A program made the position numbers and the translations under genes. This document shows, piece by piece, positions 1-11,418 of a stretch of 64,000 nt of DNA (position 1 is the first letter of the stretch; the number at the start of each line of letters is the position of its first letter). The stretch covers positions 23,624,001-23,688,000 of the forward strand of contig NC_087437.1 of the NCBI RefSeq assembly GCF_036321535.1, given 5' to 3'. A model generated the notes under the pieces. The model was not told the origin of the DNA. It ran no database searches and worked only from the letters and a program-made list of their open reading frames with translations. Source of the stretch: Camelus dromedarius (lineage: Eukaryota).

Positions 1-2013
1 TCACATAGATAAAGAAAATTTTCCAGTTAAGCAATTTTCAGTTGTAGTATTTTAGCGAGAAAATGGAACATAATCCAGGATTCTAGCTATGTTATCAAGC
101 ACTGTCCCATCTATATTTATATTTATTAGCTTATCACATCTACCTAATTAACGAACAGTTCATAATCAAACTGGCTACTGCTGATTCCATCAGTTACAAA
201 TTAATATTTTTCTGCATTTAGATGATATCTGAATTTTCCATGCCCACTTATCAAAATCAGTCCTCAAATTTCAGCAGTAGGTTTTACGTGGTCATTTTCT
301 GAAAAAAAAAATCATATCTGAAATATCCTTTCTCTGATGTTACAATCCATTAAAACTTTACTGTCCAGCTCCATGAAACTTAAAAGTCAGATTAGGAATG
401 GAAGATGATTTTGAATGTAAACCTAAAGGCAGCTACAAAGAGATGCCTTCTACAAAAAAGTAAGGAGTGTTGATAACAAAGTGAAATAAAATATACAAAG
501 GCTGAAGAGGTCCCTCTAAAAGCAGCAAAGCCCTGAGAGGTTATTTTATTTCCCAGAAGTTTTCTCGGGTGTTTCAACAAAGAAAGTCATTTTTTCTGGG
601 GATTTTTTTTCAATGTCTAGATTTCCAAGTTTGCTGAAGGCATTTACTTGTCTACTTTCTAGATGTTACACTAAAAGAAAATTTTGAAGTTATGAAAAAA
701 TTTCAGTTCAAGTTTAAAGAAACCAAAAAGGTTTGAGAAACCCATTTTGAAGCCACCACATAAATCTGAAAGAAAAGTATCCTGTAACTGACAAAAATCT
801 ATCTGAATGCTTAAGTTTCTCAAGCTAACAAAGCAAGTACTGTTTGGGAGGAATGTAGAAAGATGGGCAACTTAGTCCACAGTTTTCTAAAACACTTACG
901 GAAAGCCAAACTATTGCTTACATGGATTAACTGGGTTTTACACCAAATGCCAACTTCTAAATGTACACCTAAAATAGAAATTTCTGTCCTTGTGTTTAGT
1001 GTAAAGCTCAAGCAGAAAAACGACTTATTTACTCCCCCACCAAAAAAAAAAAAATGACAAAATGATTTTAATCTGAAAAAAAAAAAAGCAGTACAGCAGA
1101 AGGACATTTAAATGCAAGATCTAATTTCATGGAGCACAGAGTTAGAGCACAAAGTGGAAAACTCCAAGGGTATCTCATGTGCAGCAAAGGGCAGCAAAGT
1201 ATGTTTGGACAAACATGTGGTGGGACTCCCTTTAATCTTGCTAAATGTAAAAAGTCTTGTTTTACATGAACTTGACTGAACTATTCGGGGCAGTTCGAGC
1301 TTCTGAAAACAAGAAATGGCATTAAGGGTTTAAGGAAAGGGGTGGCTAAGGGGAGAAGCTGTAGACAGCTTCCCCTCCAAATCCCCAAGGAGGAAAGCTA
1401 CCGCCTGGAGGTTACCGGGTAGCCAAGCAGTCTTACTGAAAACAACCAAGGTTTTGAGCGTTGTTTTTGGCAGAAGGTAGGTGTTACCGGCTGCTTCCTG
1501 GGGCGCTGGAAGGAATGTGTCACCATCAATCAGAAAGTACACTGAGCCCCGTGTTCAGGTCACAGAGGGAGTACTGCCTCGTCGAGTACGGATAAGTCAT
1601 GCCAACTCCAGCAAAGAAGAAAGGAAAGCTGCAGGACAAGGTGTTGGTACCCACTGACCCGCAAGACCAAAAGGAAACCCCAACTTGTGCTGAAGAAAAC
1701 TTCGTGCGCTCTCGGCTTTCTGAGAACGCCAAGCGCCCCAGAGGGCGGATGCTCCCACACTTCCCCGGGGACCAGCCCCGCCCGCGCGCAGGACCTCGGC
1801 GGTCCTGGGGCGGGTGGACAGCCCTCCGCACTCACCTCGGTGGTCCTCCGGCAGGACAGGCTCCCACCCACTCACCCCTGCGGGCGTGGGGAGGGGCGGG
1901 CCCCCTCCACCTACTTCACCTGGCAGGCTCCACGCGAAGGGCTGGCTGCTGGATGAATGAACTGGCCGTCCGGCCGAGCCTCACGAGGCCCGGCGGCCCG
2001 CGGGGGTGCTCAC

Positions 2014-2128
2014 CTGTGGGGGTGCTGGAGGGCTTCTCCGAGTCTGCACCCAGGCAGGAATCCCAGGGCTGGAGGACGAGCGCCAGCAGCAGCAGGGGCA
2101 GCAGCGGCTTCACCGCGCACCACCCCAT
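2014..2128 (-). CDS. PLOD2: PLOD2 (lysyl hydroxylase 2) first coding exon: signal peptide and start of mature protein; gene continues left of the window
   Basis: ATG at 2128 gives [38 protein letters not shown], matching the recalled human N-terminus [36 protein letters not shown]. Phase-1 donor CAG|GTGAGC at 2014/2013. Lies inside a CpG island. Confidence 0.97.
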
Positions 2129-2186
2129 CTTCGGCCCCGCGAGGGTCCGCGGCCTCCGGCACCCCCACCGCCGAAGGAGGCCCACT

Positions 2187-2196
2187 TCTCGCGAGA
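2187..2196. promoter_or_regulatory. TCTCGCGAGA palindrome (CGCG element, BANP/ZBTB33-associated motif)
   Basis: Perfect 10-bp match within the predicted PLOD2 5'UTR. Confidence 0.6.
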
Positions 2197-2351
2197 GCCG
2201 GGACCCCTGGTCCGCCCGGGGCCGACGACTGCGGCAGGGAGCGAGTGCGCGCAGGGAGCCCGCGGCCGGCACCCCGAGCGGCGCGGAGGGCGGCCGGAAC
2301 CAGGCGGTCGGGGAGGCGCGGAGCAGCGGGCGCCCGAGGCGCCGCGGGCGC

Positions 2352-2405
2352 CTTATAGGCTCCCCGAGGGGGAGGCGACGGGGCGGGCCGCGCCCTGGCT
2401 ATTGG
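2352..2405 (-). promoter_or_regulatory. PLOD2: PLOD2 core promoter: TATA-like box, GC box, CCAAT box; predicted TSS near 2325
   Basis: Minus-strand TATAAG at 2357-2352, GGGGCGGGC at 2380-2388 and minus-strand CCAAT at 2405-2401, in canonical order and spacing. Confidence 0.75.
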
Positions 2406-2430
2406 CCGCCGGCTGACCCGCTGCGCCGCT

Positions 2431-2525
2431 GCGTGCACCGTGCGGTTGCCTCCGCCGGCCTGCCCCAGCCCCACGTCTGGGATTGTTTGCTCCGACCTAT
2501 TTAAGGAGCTGTCTGCGGCTACGTG
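2431..2525. promoter_or_regulatory. Cluster of candidate hypoxia-response element cores (RCGTG)
   Basis: GCGTG at 2431-2435, ACGTG on minus at 2476-2472, TACGTG at 2520-2525. PLOD2 is an established HIF-1 target. Confidence 0.5.
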
Positions 2526-3499
2526 TGGAGGCTCACGCAGGGCTTCTGGCTGGAGCCGGGAAGCGCGTACTTAAATTTGGGAGTGGGCCTGGGACAGGGG
2601 GAGGAGACGCCGGGAGTCTGGCCGGCGGGCGGCGCTCGCTGCTCCCTCCTCTCTGCTGCCCCGGCAGCCGGAGCTTCCCAGGAGCCTCAAAGGGTGCGAA
2701 TCTGCCCCTCTCTGGATTTGGATCCTACCCCCGGGGCAGAAGTGACTGCAGATCGGCAGCAATCTTGTCTGAATGGGACCTCGCCAAGCAATGAACTATG
2801 GAAATTTACACACACACAGCACCCACACACGCACCCGTTAACTGAGGGGCAAGTTTCTAAACCCTGTTAAAGGAAGGCCCTGTTTCTATTTTACTCTGTA
2901 AACCTAAAGTTTTTATTGTCCATTGAACATCTCTTCCTCCTCTGACTGTGCCAGGCAAGCCGTGGACTCTCTCCAGTAATGGCTTGGAAATCCTGCAGAA
3001 TCGGAGTCCAGCATGTGTAACCTGGGGCTGTGCCTTACAAGGTCTTCCTTCAGTCCACATGGAAAATTACTCCCAGAGATGTTGTCAGAGCCATCTCAGC
3101 TCCCTGGCGCGTCCTCTGCTTCCAGTTTTGACTCATGTCTAAGCAAATGCCTTTAAATGTATTACTTCTCATTACATTTTAGCTAGCCCAGTAGTTAATC
3201 TACAGGGATAAGCAGGGGCAAATGCATAAATTAAGACAAAAACCTGACAATTTGCCTCATATATTTCATGACATGAGATAGCTTATGGGAGAAAAAGATT
3301 CAGACTGGCAGTGTGGCAGTATTTTATAACCTTTTACCTCTTATCTTCCTAAAATGGGGGAGGGGTGAGAAAAAAAAACTTATTTGAGCCAATACCCTGT
3401 CCAACTCAGCCTTTGAAGTTAAAACAAAATTATTGGAAAGGATGTGCCTCTTATGATCATATTTTGTCTGAAATTAGCATGATTTCTAAGTAAGATGAG

Positions 3500-3790
3500 T
3501 ACTAAATGGTCACATTGAAAAACAGGTGGAAAAACCTGCAAAGAAATGTTGCCTGGGTGTGACATTTTAGAAAAAAGAATCATTTCCTGTGCCTAGAACT
3601 AAGCCAGTTGTTACTGTGTTTGGAAGGTTTGGTCTCAGTCTTCTAAGGCGAATTTGGAAAAAGTTCAGAGAAGAGCAACAAATAATTAAAGAAATGGAAA
3701 GTATGACCTGTGACAGTGAAATAAGGTTTATTTAGACAGAAGAAGAAAGGGCTAAGGAAGAGATTCCTTAACAACATCCTTCACTGTCTG
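3500..3790 (+). mobile_element. Ancient CR1/L3 LINE fragment
   Basis: GTTCAGAGAAGAGCAACAAA...ATGACCTGTGA...GGTTTATTTAG..AGAAGAAAGGGCTAAG resembles the CR1 ORF2 C-terminal region. Confidence 0.55.
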
Positions 3791-4259
3791 GCCAGTGCCA
3801 CTCCGTAAAACTAGGCAGAAAAGCAAACAGCATCAGTCCTCCGAGTCTGAGGACTCTGCTGGGCATGGCTGGTCTTTTGGCCAAATCTCAATCTCCAGAA
3901 TTCCAAACCTGTCTACTGTGCCTGAATTTGGCAAAACTCCTTGGACTTGACTTCTCCCTTCCCTGGTTGTCCAGTATCTTCAAGAACTTGCATGGTTAGA
4001 ACCTAGATTTCTGCCCTCCCAATCCCCCTCTCAACCCCATGCGCACTTACAGCCTCTCTGCATCCCAAGTGTTGTGTGTGTTTCAACGGCCAAGTCCACC
4101 AAAAATTACAGGTTACTTATGACATTCCTCTTTCTCTGTTGCGAGTTAACAATATCAGGACTATATGACTTGTATAAAGTAAGTGTTTCTTTGGGCTTTT
4201 CAAAATAGCCAGACACATTTATCACTGTCTGAAAGATCTCAATTCTAAAACCCTGTCCC

Positions 4260-4760
4260 TTCTGCCTCCTTATATTTCCAGCTGTCTGTTGAACGTTTCT
4301 ACTTGGACGTTCCACTGGCACAAACTCCAAATGTCTAACTCATGAAATCCAGATCCCACTCACAGCTTCCTCACCGCTGTTAATAATACAGCTGCTCTCT
4401 AACTCACAGAGCCTCAGACACTTTCTATTTCTCTCCTCCCACCGCCTCCCTCCCCACAACACACAGAGCTTGACTCCAAATCCTGTCTTTTTTTTCCCTT
4501 TGCATTTTCTCTCCTCCATTCCTTTCCATTCTCCCTGCCACCTCACCAAAGCACTTCTGAGTATGTCCTAACTGTGCTGTTTGATCTGTTTCCTAGCTGA
4601 TCATCCTCCCCAAAGACCCTCCTGCCCCCATACACCATGGCTAGATTCATCATCCTTAAATATTCTTTTGATTACTTTGTTCTCAAACTCAAAGATTTCA
4701 GAAGGAATTTGAAAGCAGACCAAATCCCTTAACCTAGAATTCAAATTCCTTCACTATCAA
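4260..4760 (+). mobile_element. L2 LINE fragment
   Basis: TATATTTCCAGCTGTCTGTTGAACGTTTCTACTTGGA...CAAACTCCAAATGTCTAA is typical of L2; pyrimidine-rich. Confidence 0.55.
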
Positions 4761-4862
4761 ACCTAATCACCTCTCCCTATAGCCAATCTGATTTGCTTTA
4801 CCATCTCCCAAAGCAGACCAAAGACTATTATTTTTTATTCTCTGGAGTTTGGGTAATAATCA

Positions 4863-5270
4863 CTGTCTTCACTTTGGTTCTTCCAGAGCCCAACCCTGAG
4901 CCAAGTCTCAAGGAAAGGGGGTAGTTGAGGGTAAAGTGACACAGGAAAGGAAATTTCAGCCAGTAGTGAATACATTATTAAGTCCACCAGAGTAGGTGAT
5001 CATTACCCCACAGGACTGATGCACAGCACACCCCACACGAATGTCCCAGCCAAGGGGCAAGAGAATGATGTGCCCCCGACACTCATCAGTCATTGATTAA
5101 GGGCGGGGGCACTCATTCGTACTCAGGCATCCCCAGCCTGCTGTGTTTACAGGCATGACAGCTCCCCGGGAATGATGCAGGTCTTGGCCAGGGGAATTCA
5201 GGTTGGTAGATTCAGAAATGGTAAAGGAATTTGAGGAGAAATAAGAGAAGCACTAACAGTGTCTGCTCAG
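4863..5270 (-). mobile_element. ERVL-class LTR remnant (LTR33/LTR16-like)
   Basis: TGTCTT...GGTTCTTCCAGAGCCCAACCCTGAGCCAAG at one end and GCACTAACAGTGTCTGCT at the other resemble a reversed LTR33-type element. Confidence 0.45.
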
Positions 5271-5544
5271 CCACCATGTCGTTATGTTATCCCTCCATCT
5301 AAAAAGTCCTTCTCCAAACCTCTCCTCCTCCATTCATTGGGCTCAGGTTCCACCTCCTCCAGGAAGCCCAACTTAAGTGCCTCACTCTGCCTCAGTCTGG
5401 ATTAGGTCTCCTTGTTTCATGCTGTCTAACTCCTGAAACAAACTTCTTTCATTTTTGACAATCTTTTACTAGAGATTTTGTTTATCAAGGGCAGGATCCA
5501 ATTTTTCTTCATCATTGTACTCCATAGTGGCACAGAGGAGAATG

Positions 5545-6720
5545 TATTTATTCATTCATTTATTCACTCAAAAAATATTGACTGTGTACCTAATATATCT
5601 AAGCACAGTTCTAGATGCTGATAAAACAAATATATCAGTGAAAAAACAAACAAATATCTCTATCCTTCTGGAGATTTTACTCTTATATAAAGAAAGAGAT
5701 AAGAAAAATATAATGGTGATAAGTGGTAGAGAGAAAATAAAGCAGTAAAGGTAAGTAGGAAGGACCAAAAAGGAGAGAACACGCTGAAACTTTGAAGACA
5801 GGGGTCCTGGGAAGGCCTCACTGAGATGATGCTTGAGCAAAGACCCAGCAGTGGTGAGGAAAAGAGGTGATTGTCCTGTGTGGGGGAAATATATCCATGA
5901 AGAAAAACAGGAAGTGCAAAGGCCTTGTGGCCAGAACATGTCTAGAGTGTTCTAAGGGGGCAAGAGAGAAATGAGCAGGATTTCAGGGAGCACGGGTAAG
6001 ATTAGGAGGAGACGAAGCCTGAGTGGTAGCAGGCAGGGACGGGTAAGCAGACAGTGTGCTGGTGTAGAGCCTGGTATCAGCCTTGGCCTTGGGGACATTC
6101 TGCTAAGTGAAATAAGCCCGTCACAGAAGGACAAATACTGCAGGATTCCACTTAACTTTAAAACAGTCAAACTCAGAGAAGCAAAGAATAGAATGGGGCT
6201 GGGGCTGGGAGAGGGAGGACGGGGGGGCTACCAATTGATGGAGATGAAATCTCAGTTATGCAAGATGGATAAGTTCTAGAGATCTGCTGTGCAGTGTTAT
6301 CTCTGTAGATAACAATACTCTATTGTTCACTTAAAATTCTGGAATGAGGGTGGATCTCATGTGTAGTGTTCTTACCATAATTGAAAAAAAGACAGAGAGA
6401 GCCATTTGGATAGTTACAAGCAGAGCAGTGACATGATCTGATGTAGGGGTTGAAAAGGAAGGCAGAGTCCAGATGCTGGGTGAGACTAAAACTAAGGGAA
6501 ATGGAGATGAGTGGGGACATGAACTGCAAAGCATGGAGGCCAATTTGGAGCCTAATGCACTGGTCCAGATGATGCTGTTTTCAACTTGGTTGGTAGCAGT
6601 AAAAGCAAGTCAGTTTTGAAATGAATTTTAATTGTAGAGTCAACAAAATTTGACATTTTGAATGTGGGTGTAAGAGATAAAAAAAGGGAGAGTCAAGGAT
6701 ATTTATTCAGTGAATATTTG
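5545..6720 (-). mobile_element. L2 LINE 3' region interrupted by an L1 fragment
   Basis: Begins TTATTCATTCATTTATTCACTCAAAAAATATTG (reversed L2 tail); purine-rich L2 body resumes after 6390. Confidence 0.65.
6085..6390 (+). mobile_element. L1 (L1MA9/L1MB-like) 3' end
   Basis: GGACATTCTGCTAAGTGAAATAAGCCCGTCACAGAAGGACAAATACTGC...AAGTTCTAGAGATCTGCTGT...TTCTTACCATAATTGAAAAAAA. Confidence 0.8.
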
Positions 6721-9706
6721 TTGAATGAATAAAAAGTAAAGCCTTGGGAACACATGCAATAGCCCTGGGGGTGGAGAGGGAGGGAGAGGTTAAATGTAAT
6801 AGATGAGAAGGAGAAGCAACCAGACAGCCAAGAGCTGAAACTCAGAGAAGACAGACCCATTAGGGGACAAAAGAGGAGGAGAGTCAGCAAAGGAGACTGA
6901 TAAAGTCAGACAAACAGGAAAACATCTACAGAAGAGAGACTTGGAAAATAGGAAGAGGAAGCGTGAGAAAAGGTCACTGATTTCAGCACTGGGGACAGGA
7001 GTTTAAGATCCAACTTTAGATAGGAGCAGAAAGGACAGGGAATGAAAGGCACAAAGTGGACAGGAGGGTGTAAAGCATTCAGTCTACATCAGACCTCCCC
7101 TGCCCTTATCAGGGGGCCGCTTTTCTAATTGGAGGGTGAGAAGGTTGCCACCAGTCTGAAGGTTCCCTCTGACTTGTGGCCCCAGCTGTTTTCTTTTTAA
7201 ATTCTTTCAGCTGAGCTGAAGTGATCAGTTTTCAAGGTTCAAGAGTTAGAAATGCAAACAAAACCAGTGTGAGACAATCAAGTGAACTGCTTAGCATATG
7301 GTAAGCATAAGAGGTTTCTTCACCCAAGAAAAACAATTATTTATCACAGGGGAAATGTGCCTGGGTTACCTTCTGAAGGTTTTTTTTACTCCTCTGGTTT
7401 CAAGAACCCTTTATTTATGAATCCTGGTTCTCATTCAGCACTTGTAGCCAAAGCATCACTTTTTTTTTTAAACCTTCATTATATGTTTTAGACATCTGAG
7501 CTTGATTATATAGAATCTTCCCTGGGCAAATATGAATTGTGAAACCCTTGTACCTAGCAGAATGATGTCAGATGTAAAACTAAATTCAGCCAGATTCAAA
7601 GTTGGAAGAGCAGGCCAGGATAGGAAAGAGAGTCAGAGAGCGTACAAGTATTCCAAAGATGGTCTTAGCAGATGTTTTGTGACTAGTCACACTGATTTGG
7701 ACAGAGCTGTCTAGGCTATGAGTCACCCTGCAAGGTCGGCAGCATAAGTTTGTGGCTTCTGCATTCAGTCTTCCAAACATACTTTACCGAAGTTTTAAGC
7801 TATGACATATTTATTGACATAGGTAACACCAGAATGACATTAATTATGATTAACCACAAAACAGTGTCAAAATTTTCTGGTCCAACAATAGTTTCTCTTT
7901 TTTTTTTTTTTGAACAGCTTTCTGCCCTTCTGGTCCTTTATTCTCCTGCTTCTCAGGACCATGTAAATCCTTTCCCTGAAACATCTCTGCTCAGAGGCAG
8001 ATTTGCCCTGAAGCTAGTAAAGTGAAGTATCAGTGCCCCTCACTTGCAAACACCTCTATGGGTGTTGGGATTGACTGAGACTCATGTGGTATCCTAGATT
8101 GGGAAGGAAGCTAGATTATAATCAGAAACAATTACTAAGAAATTATTTCTCAGGAACTATCTAAAAAGATCTTAGGAGAAAAAGAGACCCCAGCCCCAAG
8201 GATCCAGTAAACTGTTAGGTTTTCTTTTCCTAAGTGAGTACTCACTTCTCTACCTTATTTTATATTTGTAACTCTAAAGTCTATTTTTTCTTAAAGATCC
8301 CTAAAATAATGTAAATTTTAGGCCTCATTAAACCACGATTCACTCCTTGTCCTACCCCTAGAATCTAGACCCAATCCTTTCCGTAAGTGTCGAGATTGTA
8401 AGGAGTCTATGATCAGCATTTCTCGGCTCAGCCCTAAGATGGGCCTTCCTTCATCAACTCTGATCATATTCTCTGCCCGGTTTCCAACACTGATATGATT
8501 ATCTTCCTCCTCTGTGACTGAGCTCGTCCTTACACATCTGAGCTCAAGTGTCCTAGCCGTTATCTTGGATCCCTGTCTGATAGCCTGCTTCATCTCAGAC
8601 TGAGGTCTTTCCTTGTCTTATTGTAAATCTCCAGAGAGCAGAATTCGATAGCTTCCTCAGCCTCTGAAGCTGCTCTGAGCCTCCTGCCGGCACCATCTTA
8701 ACCACCCACTGTTGGGTGTTGCTTTACGTGTCCTGCCCCATGACCGGCGGGTCTGCTGGTTCTGGTCATCTCTGTTCTGGCAGAGCTGATTATGGTAGAA
8801 TTGAACTTAACATTCATTGATTACAAGCATCTAAGTCAACAGAATACTATGAGTTAAATAACTGAATTATAATGTCACTTGGTGAGGCCTCCAAGAATTC
8901 TACTTTGAAATGAAGCAGAGCCTAACTAAGAAAATATACAGATCCTTACACAACAAAACAGATATAAGTAACTCGAATGTTAGATGTCATAAAAAAGAAC
9001 AGAGAGGATAAAATAATAAAGCTTTGGCCTTAGAGAAGTGGATATTATTCAGAAATATGCCATAAAAGTGCTAGTACTATTTTTTGCCCATTATTCCTAA
9101 AATCTGGAAAGTGAATTCCGTGACGTACACTAAAGGAATTATTTTTGCAATGGAACTGGAAGGAAGGAGGATTTACTGTAAAGGGTGTAGCCATAGGGAA
9201 GCGCCTGCCATGCTCAGTCTGAATGCAGCACCCAGAACTACAAGTATCGTCTTCTTTAGAGCGTTTTCCATTACAGGTTTCCAAAAGGGATGGTTTGCAT
9301 CAGATATAATTTTCTGTACTATAGACATAGATCACAATTCACAGAGTCCCTTCAGACTTTTTGAAGCTAGCCATAATGATCATGTAGCCCATTTGCTGAC
9401 GGCTTGTGAGCCTCTTTGCATCCTCTGTGAACTGTTGAGTAAACTCCCTGCAGGTAGCCATTTGGCGACTGCCCTCTAATTTTATCTTCTACCTCAATCA
9501 CAGTATTTTTCTTAATTGCAGCTCTAGTGTTCCTTTTTTTTCACCGACTGTTAATATGATTCTTAAAAATTACAATTGAGAGACAACTAACACCAATTTT
9601 AGCCCAAAGTGAAAACACGATTCAGATGCAAAAGATTATCGGTATTTTTTTTAAATAATGTTTTAGGAATAGACTGTAAAAAGCCAATAATCATTTAAAG
9701 AACAAA

Positions 9707-9878
9707 TTTTTAAACAAGAATTGGCTTTCTCCTTAAAAACCAAAAAAGCTCTCAAAATGGGAAATATTACCAAATGAGTTACTTTTTAAACAAGAATTGA
9801 TTTTTGAAACAAGAATTGTTTTTGACTTAAAAACCGAAAAATCTTTCAAATTGAGAAATATTATCATAGCAATTACTT
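9707..9878. repeat. Degenerate tandem duplication (~76 bp unit) with a nested ~18-bp repeat
   Basis: AAACAAGAATTG occurs three times. CTTAAAAACC-AAAA...TCAAA-TG-GAAATATTA occurs twice. Confidence 0.8.
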
Positions 9879-10869
9879 TAATGCTTCCCTTTGAACTCTT
9901 CAGTGTGTCCATAACTTTAATTTATTGCCTAAATCAAAACAAATAAATGTTACAGCTAGCATCCACACAGAAAAATGGCCCCAGATCAATCACAAAAGTG
10001 GAAAATCCCTTTTTCTCCTTATTTTACCCATGATTTCCTTAAATTAGGCTCATGGTTGTTCACCTATTCAGTCAACAAAGAGTTACTGTGCAAGCACCGT
10101 GTCTTCCAGATTCCAGGATGAATCAGACACTTCCCTCACTTTGAATACCTCCATGCTTGTGTGAATCACTGTGCTAAAGAATAAACCAAATCATATTATG
10201 CACTTCTGTAGTCTATAATATATCTAAATTAAAAGTTATTAAAGAAAGAAATTAACATTTTGGTTTTTGGATACTACATTATTTTGGCTGTATCTTAATG
10301 CTCCAGATAAAATAATAATTCAAATTATCCTCTGAAGATAATATATTTTTGACATCGGCTGTTTGTAAGGATAAGGTGTACTGATTTGGGGATATAGTTG
10401 AATAACAGAAGTATGAAACTATGTGCTTCTATTTCTTCTTCTTTTTTATTTCCTTTTTAAAAAATTTTTTGGCCACGTCAATTCTCCGTATCACTCTTTT
10501 TGGGAAATATAATGCAGACCAAGGAAACAATTAATTTTGATACTTCAGTTACCAAGAAAAAAAAAAAGTTACCAAAAACACCATTTTTAATGCAAAAATA
10601 AAGCAATGAAAGGTAAGTTATTAGGGTTTTAATGCAGTCTTTACTCTTGACCAGTAGAGCATCACCTAATTTCTTTCTCTGTCAAAACTGATTTCCATTT
10701 TTAAAGAATACACTGAAGATAATTCAGCAATGGTGATATAACACTGTCTATCTTAAATCTTTGGCTCAGGCTAACCTAGATTCCAATCCTAATTTTTTCA
10801 CCTAATACCTCTGAAACCTTGACCTGGTTTCTTAATGTTCTGAACTGGCTAAAATTAAAGAAAACTTAC

Positions 10870-11300
10870 TATTGCACATCCAATGGTGTCCAGAAGTAGG
10901 GAGGTCCCCAGGCCCAGTATGTTAGGTCTCTGGCCCTATTTCTTTCTGATCCTCTTACCTGCCCTACTATAGTTCTTGGACTGGTAGCAATGTGTGTGTA
11001 AGAGTTCTGGGCATTACACTGACAGGAAGATGTTCAGAAAAAGAAAAGAAGATGTCTTTTTCATATCTTTGCTCAGAAGCTGCTCCACGGCCCCACTGAA
11101 AGACATATCAAAAGACTTCCCCTGGTGTCACTGGTCAGAATTATGGCACATGGCCATCCTTAAACCAGTCACGGTGGGGGAAAGAGATTGGCTGATTAGG
11201 GTCTTTTCCTAAGGCTGTGGATAGGGTCAGCTTTCTCTGAGTCACATGAGAGGGAGTTTGTTTTGGAAACTTCAACAAAATTGAGGTTTAATTAGGAAGA
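10870..11300 (-). mobile_element. Old MaLR LTR (MLT1J/K/L-like)
   Basis: AGACTTCCCCTGGTGTCACTGGTCAGAATTATGGCACATGGCCATCCTTAAACCAGTCAC and AACAAAATTGAGGTTT blocks. Confidence 0.55.
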
Positions 11301-11382
11301 ATACATAAATGTTGACAGCCAACATATCTCATTATCTATTTGTTGACTGGCTACCAGGGAAGTTGAGGACTCATTACCTAAT

Positions 11383-11418
11383 ACACACACACACACACAC
11401 ACACACAACACACACACA
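11383..11418. repeat. (CA)n microsatellite, one interruption
   Basis: Read directly from the sequence. Confidence 0.95.

Larger units (their letters stand above)
1690..2720. promoter_or_regulatory. PLOD2: CpG island covering the PLOD2 promoter, exon 1 and start of intron 1
   Basis: Very GC- and CpG-dense stretch in otherwise AT-rich, CpG-depleted DNA. Boundaries approximate. Confidence 0.93.

Noticed and set aside
2129..2272. In-frame 48-codon extension upstream of the PLOD2 ATG
   Set aside because: Starts at GTG in GC-rich 5'UTR, would bury the signal peptide, and has no homology I recognise.
1599..2504. 301-aa plus-strand ORF and overlapping ORFs antisense to PLOD2 exon 1
   Set aside because: Low-complexity R/G/P-rich product expected from stop-poor CpG-island DNA; no recognisable domain.
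8318..8700. Possible processed pseudogene (AAGATGGTG start, 91-aa ORF)
   Set aside because: No recognisable protein in the minus frames, no poly(A) or TSD found. A BLASTX search would settle it.
9045..9479. Overlapping 131-aa and 79-aa ORFs
   Set aside because: Non-ATG starts, no homology recognised, no supporting splice structure.
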